DNA of 64,000 nucleotides, taken from assembly GCA_963675665.1 (NCBI GenBank), contig OY776510.1:4000001-4064000 (forward strand). The letters are read 5' to 3'. Below the pieces are notes generated by a model. The model saw only the letters and a list, made by a program, of their open reading frames with translations, was not told where the DNA came from and searched no databases. The DNA is from Spirochaetia bacterium (GTDB lineage: Bacteria > Spirochaetota > Spirochaetia > UBA9216). A program made the translations under genes and the position numbers. Shown piece by piece: positions 19,643-33,796 of this stretch. Within the stretch, counting starts at the first letter, position 1; each line of letters begins with the position of its first letter.

Positions 19643-21709
19643 ATGTTCAAAAAGTTGATAATAACCATACTTATCTTATACCTGCTGATCACAGCATCTA
19701 TAAGTTCCGATCCTGAGAATCAGCTTGGTATAAGTATTACACCGCACGGAGCAATTCCCGTCGGCTCGAGCATTGAACTGTTCGGGTTCGGATACGGCGC
19801 CGACGCGTCTGTCTCATTCATTCCCGGATTTTTACAGTATATCGGAGCACAGGCGGGATTTACCTATACAAACCAGCCGCTTTCTTCAGCTAATTCCATA
19901 AACGTTATCCAGGGATGGGCAGGTCCCGTGGCGCGATACCCCTTCACCGAACGCCTGTCGGTATATGCCGCAGGCAAAGCAGGCTATTACTACTGGGCCC
20001 CGCTTGCCTGGGATGCCGAAGGCGTCAACGGAGGAGGTTTTACCGCAGGAGGCGGCGCCGGCGCGCTGTTTCGAATTACCGGACCGCTTACCCTTGGAGC
20101 AAATGTATCCTATGAATACCTTAACAAACTGTATAACGGTATAAGCGTCAACCTTGCAGTTAATTTCGATTTTCCGGGACTTAAAAGTGAAAGTATCGAT
20201 GTCGAGATAGATGATATCAGGATAATTCCGTTGTTCCCGGTCCTCTACGGTTACTATTCAAACCATCCCATAGGCACTGTAAAGGTCAGGAACACCGGAA
20301 ACCGTGCAGAGAAAGATATCAACATCCAGTTTTACCTGGAACGGTACATGGACAACCCGATGAAGGTCGGGTCGAACTTTGATCTTGCCCCGGGCGAAGA
20401 AAAAGATATTGATTTATTTGCGCTGTTCACCGAAGACCTGATGCAGATAACCGAGGGGACCAAAGCTTCGGCCCTGATCTCAGCTACAAAAACCGTCGGC
20501 GAAAAGGAGATAACGAAGGACTTTACCGGCGTAATCGACTTCTATAACAGAAATGCCCTGTCATGGACCGACAACCGCCGTATCGCATCCTTCATGACGG
20601 CGAAAGATCCGGAAATCATGAATTTTTCGAAGAATGTTATGACCTGGGTAAAGTCTTCACAGAACCCGGCAATCGACGAGAACCTTCAGAAAGCCATGGC
20701 GATGTTTGAGGCGCTGAAAAACCGCGGGGTAAGCTACGAGGTGGACCCGGCTACCCCTTTCCGTGAGTTTTCCGAAGAATCTGCGTCAATCGACTTTCTG
20801 CAGTTTCCCCGGCAGACGCTTCAGTACACAAACGGCGACTGTGACGACCTTACCACCCTGTATTGTACCCTGCTTGAGTCGGTCGGCGTTGAAACAGCCT
20901 TTATAACGGTCCCCGGTCACATCTACGCAGCTTTTACACTGAAGATGGGCCCTGATGAAGCGCAAAAAACTTTTCTGAATCCGGATGAACTTATACTAAC
21001 CGAAAGCAGGGCGTGGGTACCTGTCGAAATCACCATGTTTCAGGAAAGCTTCGAGCGGGCATGGGCCTACGGAGCGAAAGAATGGCGTCAGTACGATGCC
21101 GAAGAACTATCGGTACTGTATCCGGTCCGTGAAGCATGGCAAACCTTTCAGGCAGTCGGGTTCCGCGACTCATCAACCGTTGAACTGCCCGACAGACCCG
21201 AAGTGACAACGGCATTCATGAACAGCATTAACCGTCATGTCGATCGCGAAATCCACCCGCAGATTGAGCAGATCCGGAAGAAGATTGACGAGGGCGGCAG
21301 AGCAAAAACCCGATGGCAGAACAAACTCGGCGTAGTCTACGCGCGTTACGGTCTCTACGATAAAGCGTCTGAAGCCTTTGAAACGGTTCTGCAGGACGAA
21401 GAATACATTCCCGCGCTGAACAACCTCGGCGGTATATACTTTCTTAAGGAAAAATACGAAAAAGCACTCGAATACTACGACCGCGCGCTGCAGCAGGACG
21501 ACAGCAGCAAAGCAGCGCTGCTGGGCACAGCCCGCTGCAGCCATGAGCTTGAGAACTACTACCTTGTAAAGAAAACATACGCCAGATTAGCCGAACTCGA
21601 TTCTCAGCTGGCGGAACAGTATGCATACCTTGACATGAAGGGAGCCGAAGCCACCCGCGCCGCAGCCGCCGAAGAAATGAAATACCGAATCCTTTGGGAG
21701 GATGAATAA
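19643..21709 (+). CDS. Secreted multidomain protein: beta-barrel-like N-terminus, Ig-like domain, transglutaminase-like Cys domain, TPR repeats (paralogue 2)
   Basis: Shares blocks with 7662-9800 (FALFTE..ITEGTK, DFLQFPRQTLQY..GDCDDL, ESVG.ETAFITVPGHIY.AF, YARYGL, HELENY); GGAGG RBS. Confidence 0.85.
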   Translation: MFKKLIITILILYLLITASISSDPENQLGISITPHGAIPVGSSIELFGFGYGADASVSFIPGFLQYIGAQAGFTYTNQPLSSANSINVIQGWAGPVARYPFTERLSVYAAGKAGYYYWAPLAWDAEGVNGGGFTAGGGAGALFRITGPLTLGANVSYEYLNKLYNGISVNLAVNFDFPGLKSESIDVEIDDIRIIPLFPVLYGYYSNHPIGTVKVRNTGNRAEKDINIQFYLERYMDNPMKVGSNFDLAPGEEKDIDLFALFTEDLMQITEGTKASALISATKTVGEKEITKDFTGVIDFYNRNALSWTDNRRIASFMTAKDPEIMNFSKNVMTWVKSSQNPAIDENLQKAMAMFEALKNRGVSYEVDPATPFREFSEESASIDFLQFPRQTLQYTNGDCDDLTTLYCTLLESVGVETAFITVPGHIYAAFTLKMGPDEAQKTFLNPDELILTESRAWVPVEITMFQESFERAWAYGAKEWRQYDAEELSVLYPVREAWQTFQAVGFRDSSTVELPDRPEVTTAFMNSINRHVDREIHPQIEQIRKKIDEGGRAKTRWQNKLGVVYARYGLYDKASEAFETVLQDEEYIPALNNLGGIYFLKEKYEKALEYYDRALQQDDSSKAALLGTARCSHELENYYLVKKTYARLAELDSQLAEQYAYLDMKGAEATRAAAAEEMKYRILWEDE

Positions 21710-21731
21710 AATGCGCTTCGCACTTTTTATT

Positions 21732-21766
21732 GTGAAGTATGAAAAGCAGAGCTTTTCATACTTCAC
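21732..21766. repeat. Perfect 16-bp inverted repeat between the transglutaminase-like gene and the lipoprotein gene
   Basis: GTGAAGTATGAAAAGC-AGA-GCTTTTCATACTTCAC. Confidence 0.9.
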
Positions 21767-22189
21767 CGCATTATAACGCCGCCAAAACGTAAAACGGAGG
21801 AGATATGAAAATCAGTAAAAAAACAACAGCAGTTATTTTGATTATTATAGCCGCGCTGGCGGCAACAGCCTGTACGATTGAGTCGGAGTATGTAACGGCC
21901 TTAAAAGAGAAAATTGAAAATGATCTGAATCCGCCTGATACATCTGTTAAATTTCAGCTTACAATTATCGCCGGCTCCGGCGGCAAAATACTTTCCCCCA
22001 ATATTTCCCCTTTGGAGGTTAAAAAAGACGATCCGACTTCCATAGAAGCACAAGCCGATTCGGGATATCTTTTTGGATATTGGGCAATAACTTCTGGTGA
22101 AGCAGTTATTGATGATTATCTAAAGGCAAATACTTCAGTTATTCTCAGCATTGGAGATGCAACAATTCAGGCTATATTCACGGATATTA

Positions 22190-23010
22190 ATGCACCTGAG
22201 CCGCCGGTTGTCAGCGGTGAGAATAAAACAAACGACACAACCCCTACCTGGACATGGATCAGTTCCGATGAAGATGGAATCGGGGTTTTCAGATATAAGC
22301 TTGATGACAGTATTATGACTACAGGAGCAACGGAAACTACAGAAACTGCCTTTACACCTTCTTCTTTTTTAGTTGAAGGAAACCATACATTATTTGTTCA
22401 GGAGAAAGACGGTTTCGATAACTGGTCCAATATCGGCAGCCATACGATAGAGATTGATATTACTCCTCCGGAGAGCCCGGTATTCCATGTATCAAATTAT
22501 TCAAAAACTTCATCGCAACAACCCTCATGGACCTGGACCAATGGAAACGGAGACGGTATCAGGATCTATAGATTTAAACTGGACAACAGTGATCTCAGTG
22601 ATATTCCTGAAATAGATGAAACAACAGCTACAAGTTATACACCGGTAGAAAATCTCCCCGAAGGGGATCATACACTCTATGTGCAGGAGAAAGATAGTGT
22701 CGATAACTGGTCTGAATCAGCTTCCCATTCTATTGAAGTCGACATTACCGGTCCTTCGGCTCCCACGGTAACATCAGCATCTTCAAGTTGGGACATGACT
22801 CCTTCATGGAGCTGGACCAGTACTGCTTTAGACGGAAGCGGTACATACAGGTACAGGCTTGATAATAGTAACCTTGAAGATCAGGTTGGGGAGGCATCAA
22901 CATCATATACCAGCAGTGCACTCGGTAATGGAACACACCGTCTTTATGTTCAGGAAAAGGATGATGTAGGCAACTGGGGTACAATAGGCGATTACGCAGT
23001 TTCTGTCAGC
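22190..23010 (+). repeat. Three ~90-95-aa intragenic tandem domain repeats
   Basis: Recurring P.W.W...DG...[FY]R[YF][KR]LD.S...T.[FY]T...L..G.H.L.VQEKD...NW. Confidence 0.85.
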
Positions 23011-23184
23011 TGGAGTCCCCCGTCGTTGGTAACCCCTGCGAATGCCGGAGATTCTTATTGTGTTGAAGTCGACCTTGACTGGAATAATGTAACCAATGCA
23101 TCAGGTTATTACATACAGGTGGATAATGATCCTGACTTTAATAGTCCGTATAACTGGACAACTACGTAAGCGGTAATTCTTCCC

Positions 23185-24717
23185 CTATGACTTTATCTGT
23201 TCAGCGGTCAGGTTGAACGGTAGCAGTTTTTCATAATCTGCGGGTTCTTCACAGTACGGTAACTTGCGAAAAACATAGTAGAAGTAATCATAGACCGATA
23301 GCTTCTGCAATTTAGCAGATTCAACAAGACTGTAGAGTACCGCCGAAGATTCGGCTCCATGTTCGGTGTCGGAAAACAACCAGTTCTTCCGTCCGATTAC
23401 AAACGGCCGGATTGCATTTTCAGCAATGTTGTTCGACGGAGTAAGCAGCGGATCTTCCAGGTATAACTTTAACTGAACCCAGTTATCAAGCGTGTATGAT
23501 ATCGCCTTCCCGAAAGCCATTGTAGGCGGAGTCCCTGCTGCATGTTTAGTAAGCTGTTTGAATAAAGAATCAAGGATAGATCCGGCCTGGTTGGCTCGAT
23601 GCTTCTGAAAGCCTTTTTTGGAATATTGCTCGCGCAGGGCTTCAAGCTCGAACAGGTCTTTAATCAATTCAAGTATATGTTTTACTTCCGGAGATTTAGA
23701 CATCTCCCAGTATTTATAAAAATACCTTCTGGCATGCGCCCAACATAAAACATGACGAGGTCCATCATGTCCATCTTTTCGCAGCCTTTTCAAAGCAGTG
23801 TGATAGGCCTCATAATCATCAGTCTGCAACCAACCGGTATAACCTTGCAGAAAATCATACGGTATTTCATGAGAACGGCCTGTTTCATACTGAAACACTA
23901 CCGATTTTTTATCAGGTTTTCCGCCAAGAAAGACCCACATCCAGGATTTATCCTGTGCTTTGCGACCTTTTTCTTTCAAAACCTGTACCCGGGTTTCATC
24001 GGCATTTATTATCGGCCCGTTTTTAATATTATCTTTAAGCAACTCATAAATCGGTCTGCATTTATCAGCGCACTTTATTGCCAATGTGCTCAGTGTTGCC
24101 CTTGGAATATCTGCACCAATTGTATTCAGTCTCTTGCTCTGACGGTAGAACGGGAGAGCATATTCAAACTTCTCATTTATGATCCACGCGAGAAGGCTTT
24201 CATCGGCAATGCTCCCGGCGATCAGATGTTTAATCCCTTCAGCAGTCTGCACCCCCGAAGTTTCATCGGTGGTTCCTTCACAATTTCTGCAAACATATTT
24301 TTTCTTTATCTCACGCCTGACTACTACTTTCGCAGGAACTATGCATAGCCGTTCGGAGACATCTTCACCAATACAAATCTTCTCAGTTCCGCAAGCGCAT
24401 GTTTTATCTTCCTCATCAATATCGTATTCAATAATTTCTCGGGGAAGATCTTCTGACAGAGCTTTTCTACCGACACCCTTACGAACAGTTTTCGTGTGAG
24501 CTTTTACTTCACGGGTCTCAGTTTCTATTTCTTCGTTCTGCTCAAATGCCGTATCCTCTGCCTCGTTGAAAAGTGACGCCTGTTTTTTATCTTCATTCGT
24601 GAGCTTCTCTGATTTTGTTCCGAAATGAAGAGATTGCAAAAGCTGGACCTGCTCTTCTAATCGGGCAATTTTTATTTTTAATTTCTCATTCTCTTCAAGC
24701 AAAGCCTGGCTGTTCAT
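23185..24717 (-). CDS. tnpC: IS66 transposase TnpC
   Basis: FGTKSEK, CxC..IGEDVSERL, LPFYRQ, ADETRVQVL, LQTDDY, CWAHARR, NNIAENAIRPFVIGRKNWLF. Confidence 0.97.
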   Translation of the reverse strand: MNSQALLEENEKLKIKIARLEEQVQLLQSLHFGTKSEKLTNEDKKQASLFNEAEDTAFEQNEEIETETREVKAHTKTVRKGVGRKALSEDLPREIIEYDIDEEDKTCACGTEKICIGEDVSERLCIVPAKVVVRREIKKKYVCRNCEGTTDETSGVQTAEGIKHLIAGSIADESLLAWIINEKFEYALPFYRQSKRLNTIGADIPRATLSTLAIKCADKCRPIYELLKDNIKNGPIINADETRVQVLKEKGRKAQDKSWMWVFLGGKPDKKSVVFQYETGRSHEIPYDFLQGYTGWLQTDDYEAYHTALKRLRKDGHDGPRHVLCWAHARRYFYKYWEMSKSPEVKHILELIKDLFELEALREQYSKKGFQKHRANQAGSILDSLFKQLTKHAAGTPPTMAFGKAISYTLDNWVQLKLYLEDPLLTPSNNIAENAIRPFVIGRKNWLFSDTEHGAESSAVLYSLVESAKLQKLSVYDYFYYVFRKLPYCEEPADYEKLLPFNLTAEQIKS

Positions 24718-24755
24718 AAATAAATTTTAACATGATTAAATTCCGGTGTGAAGCA

Positions 24756-25100
24756 TTAAACGCGGGAATATGATAATTCTTTATGCGCGTTGAAGAAATC
24801 TATCCCGTCCAGCAGCATCTTAAGTTCCTCGAATCTGATTTCTCTGGCCTCTTCTTCTGTTTCAGGCCAGGGAAACTTGTTCTTCTCCAACCGTTTCTGC
24901 CATAGGCAGAATCCGTTTCGATCCCAGTAGACAATTTTCAAAAGTTTTTGTTGGCCGTTACAGAACAGAAACAAACTTTTCGAAAACGGGTCATTATGCA
25001 TTACGTTCTGAATCTGAAGGCTCAATCCGTTTACCCCTTTTCTTAAATCCGTTTTGCCGGGCCGTATAAAATATCGGTAATCTGTATAATCGAAAATCAT
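24756..25100 (-). CDS. tnpB: IS66 accessory protein TnpB
   Basis: TDLRKGVNGL, LFLFCN, KIVYWDRNGFCLWQKRLEKNKFPWP. Confidence 0.95.
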   Translation of the reverse strand: MIFDYTDYRYFIRPGKTDLRKGVNGLSLQIQNVMHNDPFSKSLFLFCNGQQKLLKIVYWDRNGFCLWQKRLEKNKFPWPETEEEAREIRFEELKMLLDGIDFFNAHKELSYSRV

Positions 25101-25393
25101 TCAAGTTCTCCGATTATTCTCAGAACTGATTTCAGCTCGGCTTCATCAAACCCGGCAGTTATTGATATTAAAAACTTTTTGGACTTCAATACAATTGGTG
25201 CAGCTGCTACAGATTGAACGGGTTTTATTTCTATTATCTCTGAGCTCTTTGACAGGTTCATACCGAACCGTTTTCTGTGCTTATAGAAAGTATTTGGATG
25301 AATTTCAATCTCTTTGCAAAACTCCGGAATTGATTTTCCGCTCATCTGTTGTTGTTCAAATATTTCTTCCCAGTTTTTGATTATCTTCTTCAT
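25097..25393 (-). CDS. tnpA: IS66 accessory protein TnpA
   Basis: W...QQMSGKSIPEFC..I...TFY HTH; start at ATG 25393 after GGAGG; 4-bp overlap with tnpB. Confidence 0.85.
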   Translation of the reverse strand: MKKIIKNWEEIFEQQQMSGKSIPEFCKEIEIHPNTFYKHRKRFGMNLSKSSEIIEIKPVQSVAAAPIVLKSKKFLISITAGFDEAELKSVLRIIGELE

Positions 25394-26333
25394 TTCATTC
25401 CTCCGTGATTCTTTTCCCGGAGGATAGTACATTTTCAGATTTTCGCAAGAAGGAAAGAATTACCGCTTACACAACTACAGCATCAGAATATGAATCCAGT
25501 ACAAGGCTGACCCCGGATGAAACATACTACTGGCACGTCCGCGCAAGGAATCCTGAAGGAGATTACAGCGCGTACAGCAGCCGCTGGAGTTTTTATGTAG
25601 ATCACAAAGATGACTGGTTGTTTTCTACAGGCCCTAGCGGCGGTGTTGTTATTTACGATGATGAAAATATAACGGAGATGCAGGACTTTTATATAAATTA
25701 TTTGGGTATGACCTCTGTTGATTTCAAAACTTTGCCGGGAGATTACCGCTACATAGAAATAGCTCCGGCTGATGCGTCATCAGATGCCATATTCAACAGT
25801 ATATATAGACCAACTTTTAATCAAACAACATCTACAGATATTGGAACAGGTCAGGCAAACTGCGATTCATTATGGGTAACGGACGGGGCTATCAATATAG
25901 CGGAGTCATTTTCCTGCTCCTACGATGGAAAGACTTATAGTGACTGGTTTCTGCCGTCATTGGATACTATGGAACTGGCCTGCTACTTATTGAATTCATT
26001 TCCGGTGGATAATATCGATGAATCTGTTTATTGGACATCCTCCTACGAAGCTTTACCTGTAGTGGGCGCTTATACAATAGCGTTTAAAGCTATTTCCGTC
26101 TCCGGCTATTCTTACTCGTTAGGTGACATCCTTCTGGCTCCTGAAACAGGCCCTCCGTCCGGAGAACCGAATATTGCAGTTCTGACGGGTCGCATGTTTT
26201 AACAGTTCCGCAGCCTTTCCATACCTGCAAAACTATCTTGTTCCGGAAGAATCTGCTGCGTCTCTGCAGTTTGACGTAGGTAAACATCCAAATGTTTTAT
26301 TTTGCGGGGCTGAAGCCCCCTAAAATAAAAAAA

Positions 26334-26410
26334 GCCTGGCGAAGATGCTGTCGCATCTTAAACGACCGGAAAGAGCTATTATTTAACTCTAACTCTGTCA
26401 TTTCCAGACT
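26334..26410 (-). other. Truncated and diverged 5S rRNA-like tandem copy
   Basis: Begins AGTCTGG and ends TCGCCAGGC-TTTTTTTATTTTA exactly like the adjacent 5S gene; 22-bp direct repeat at 26321-26342 and 26532-26553. Confidence 0.6.
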
Positions 26411-26544
26411 TCTCGATTTAATTTGAAACTTTCATTTCAATTAAATTGCTCTTTCTGAAGTTTCGTATCCGAAACTTCCAAGATCTTTCTTAGACTGGTA
26501 TTTTATTTTAAAAGACACTTTCAGTGCCTTTTAAAATAAAAAAA

Positions 26545-26653
<109 letters not shown>

Positions 26654-26780
26654 CTAATTATTCATAATTATATCTAACAGGGATAGAAACCGAACTCGAC
26701 AGGTTGCATTTTCAAGGAGTTTTCTTAAACTCACGCAGCCTATTGGTTCAATTCCTTGAGAATTGATTAAGGGGAAATAT

Positions 26781-29772
<2,992 letters not shown>

Positions 29773-30144
29773 ATATTACCTCTTAACCCTTCCCTGTACT
29801 TTTCATCTCCCTGTTATGGACGAAAAGTAATTAAAACTACCTTCTACAGCAGTTCCTTTCTATTTTAAAGAACAGTGAAGTTCAACGTTGTTGAACTTCC
29901 GAAGCTTTTTAAAAGCTTCACAAGTCATCGCTTCGCTCTGACTTTCAGGAGTTTTGCTTTCAGCAAAACATCCGCTTAATTTAACCGTTTAAGGTTTAGT
30001 TTTTTTAAGCAAATTTTTAAAATTTGCAGAAAAAAAAGAGCCATCAGCACAACTGCCAACAACCTTATTAACACACCTCATCGTTCGGTGCGGTGAAGTT
30101 TTCTTTGAAAACTTCAAAATTAAAAGGCGTAGCCTTTTAATAAA

Positions 30145-30219
<75 letters not shown>

Positions 30220-30475
30220 TAAAGCATCCTTCGGATGCTTTTCGGAGTTTTGCTTCACTTCGTTCCGCAAAACATCCATAACTGCAATCCGTTAGTGCTT
30301 TTAGCATCCTTAAACCAGGATACTAAATATAAAAAGGAAGAAGAGAGAGCGGAGAAACGGCAATCCGTTTCTCTGAAGTTTGACTTCGCCAAACTTCACC
30401 ATGTTTGTCATACCCATACGGGTACTTAATCCGGAAATTAGCAGCTGTGCTGACCACTTTCCGTTCCTTTCTCAC

Positions 30476-32015
<1,540 letters not shown>

Positions 32016-32290
32016 ATAGTCTAGCTAACCCTAAGATTAGCCAGTTTTATCCTAACAATTATTGAATCAGCAAGCTGATTCAATTTGAAGTTTCTTTCGA
32101 AACTTCAGACGGGTCATACAGTATTCTGCATATCTCAGCAGACTCACTGCAATCACCCAAACACAGGCTCTCTCCATCCCTATTTAATTTAAAAGAACAA
32201 GATTGAAAAACATAAAAGCTTTTCAACCATGAAGTTTGCCGAAGGCAAACTTCAAATTGAAACCCGGAGGGTTTCAATAAGCGTGCAGTT

Positions 32291-32319
32291 GTTTTACCAA
32301 ATACAGCTCTTTGTGTCAA
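32291..32319 (-). promoter_or_regulatory. Candidate rRNA promoter (proximal)
   Basis: TTGACA-17 bp-TAAAAC on the minus strand. Confidence 0.45.
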
Positions 32320-32414
32320 GCATGTCGTGAAAATAATTTCAAGTATTTTCAGAAGTTGCTTAATCGGTATGCCTTTTGAAGCTGTTCTTGCAAGCTTCTT
32401 TAGAAGGCTTGATA

Positions 32415-32443
32415 TGTATACTTATTTGCTTTAAAAAAGTCAA
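32415..32443 (-). promoter_or_regulatory. Candidate rRNA promoter (distal)
   Basis: TTGACT-17 bp-TATACA on the minus strand. Confidence 0.4.
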
Positions 32444-32450
32444 CACCTTA

Positions 32451-32774
32451 TCAGGAATTTCTTAATTCTTCTTCCTTGAAGGCTATATTTTTATCAACTT
32501 CAACCAGCTCATTTAAAATCTCTTTTACACCGGAGGATGCCTGGGTTAAGGATTTGCGCTCATTAACAAGAAAGGCTTCGTATGCTTTTATACCGAGCTC
32601 ATTAATAAGATCCTTCTTGCGGGTATTGAGCCTTCTGATGTCAATCTTTATGATACTTGTTTCTTCTATTTCTGCAGCCGCATCTTTGGCTTTTTTTAAA
32701 AATTGCTTAGACGTTTCTATGCCGTAAGCAAGACTATCGTTAAGACCGTCCTGTAACTTTTCATAAATAGACAT
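32451..32774 (-). CDS. Small coiled-coil hypothetical protein
   Basis: Start placed at ATG 32774 after GGAGGAG; helical charged sequence. Confidence 0.7.
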   Translation of the reverse strand: MSIYEKLQDGLNDSLAYGIETSKQFLKKAKDAAAEIEETSIIKIDIRRLNTRKKDLINELGIKAYEAFLVNERKSLTQASSGVKEILNELVEVDKNIAFKEEELRNS

Positions 32775-32879
32775 ATTCTCCTCCATATGCAATACTATAT
32801 AGGATAGACCCGACTTTGCAGTAATTCAAGCAAAATATTAAAATCGGGTTAAAGTTTACAAATGAAGTAGAGCAGGATA

Positions 32880-33113
32880 ATGACTGAAGATAATGTATCT
32901 TATATAAGGTGCAGAAATTGCGGCCGCTATATAGAGAAAAATCAGAGTATTAGTGAAATCTACTGTTCTGAAACCTGTGCCGGGACCTTTACCCGTTGCC
33001 CAAACTGTGGTAAATTTTTCCCGGCTTTGAATAAGGAACGCCACAACGGTTTCTGTTCACTCGAATGTGAAACAGTATATAACGAAGACGGTATCATAAT
33101 TTCAGAAGATTAA
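32880..33113 (+). CDS. Small Cys-rich double zinc-ribbon protein
   Basis: CRNCG...YCSETC and CPNCG...FCSLEC; AGGA RBS. Confidence 0.65.
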   Translation: MTEDNVSYIRCRNCGRYIEKNQSISEIYCSETCAGTFTRCPNCGKFFPALNKERHNGFCSLECETVYNEDGIIISED

Positions 33114-33155
33114 AAGAAACCCGACAGAAGGTTAAATCACAGAGGAGAAAATACA

Positions 33156-33788
33156 ATGAAACTAATTTTCTTGGGCCCCCCGGGTGCAGGCAAGGGAACT
33201 ATTGCATCAAGAATATGCGCTGAACTGAATATCCCGCATATTTCTACAGGCGATCTGTTCCGTAAAGCAATTAAAAACCAGACTGAACTTGGTAAAAAAG
33301 TTCAGCAGATCATCGAATCCGGCGATCTCGTTCCTGACGCCTTAACCGTTGCCCTGGTAAAAGAAAGATTGAATAATCCTGATGTTGAGAACGGATATAT
33401 TCTCGACGGTTTCCCGAGAACAATTGTACAAGCCGATTCACTTGCAAAATTCAGTGAAGTAGATGCCGTTATAAATTTTACCATTACCGACGACCAGGTT
33501 ATAAACAGACTCTCCGGCAGAAGAATGTGCACAAACTGCGGTGAAGGATACCATATCAGGACCGTAAAACCGCAACAGGAAGGAATATGTGATAAATGCG
33601 GCGGCGAGCTTATCACACGCCCTGACGACACACCTGAGGCAATCAAAAACAGGTTGTCTGTTTATTACGATTCCACAGAACCGCTTATAGACTATTATAA
33701 AAATAAAAATATTCTGAGAGATGTTGACGGTTCAGGATCTGTCGACGCAGTAGTTATTGAAACAAACACTGTAATCTCGACCTTATAA
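33156..33788 (+). CDS. adk: Adenylate kinase (Zn-lid type)
   Basis: GPPGAGKGT, HISTGDLFR, ILDGFPRT, CxxC-x16-CxxC lid. Confidence 0.97.
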   Translation: MKLIFLGPPGAGKGTIASRICAELNIPHISTGDLFRKAIKNQTELGKKVQQIIESGDLVPDALTVALVKERLNNPDVENGYILDGFPRTIVQADSLAKFSEVDAVINFTITDDQVINRLSGRRMCTNCGEGYHIRTVKPQQEGICDKCGGELITRPDDTPEAIKNRLSVYYDSTEPLIDYYKNKNILRDVDGSGSVDAVVIETNTVISTL

Positions 33789-33796
33789 CCTTACAA

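Larger units (their letters stand above)
23166..25470 (-). mobile_element. Complete IS66-family insertion sequence (2305 bp)
   Basis: Terminal inverted repeats GTAAGCGGTAATTCTT (16 bp perfect); 8-bp target duplication ACAACTAC at 23158-23165 and 25471-25478; tnpA-tnpB-tnpC order. Confidence 0.97.
21805..26202 (+). pseudogene. Large surface lipoprotein (InlB-B-repeat-like domain, 3 Ig-like repeats, Fn3-like domain, DUF1566/C-type-lectin-like C-terminus) split by IS66
   Basis: ATAC lipobox; removing 23166-25478 restores one frame (...YNWTTTASEYESS...) of 694 aa. Confidence 0.9.

Noticed and set aside
25405-25478. ORF 25405-26202 as an independent gene
   Set aside because: Its first codons come from the IS66 end and the target duplication; the rest is the 3' half of the interrupted lipoprotein.
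7607-26418. 10-bp direct repeat CTTCTCGATT (7607-7616 and 26409-26418) near both edges of the accessory region, as possible att sites
   Set aside because: Too short, found post hoc, and no integrase is present; chance cannot be excluded.
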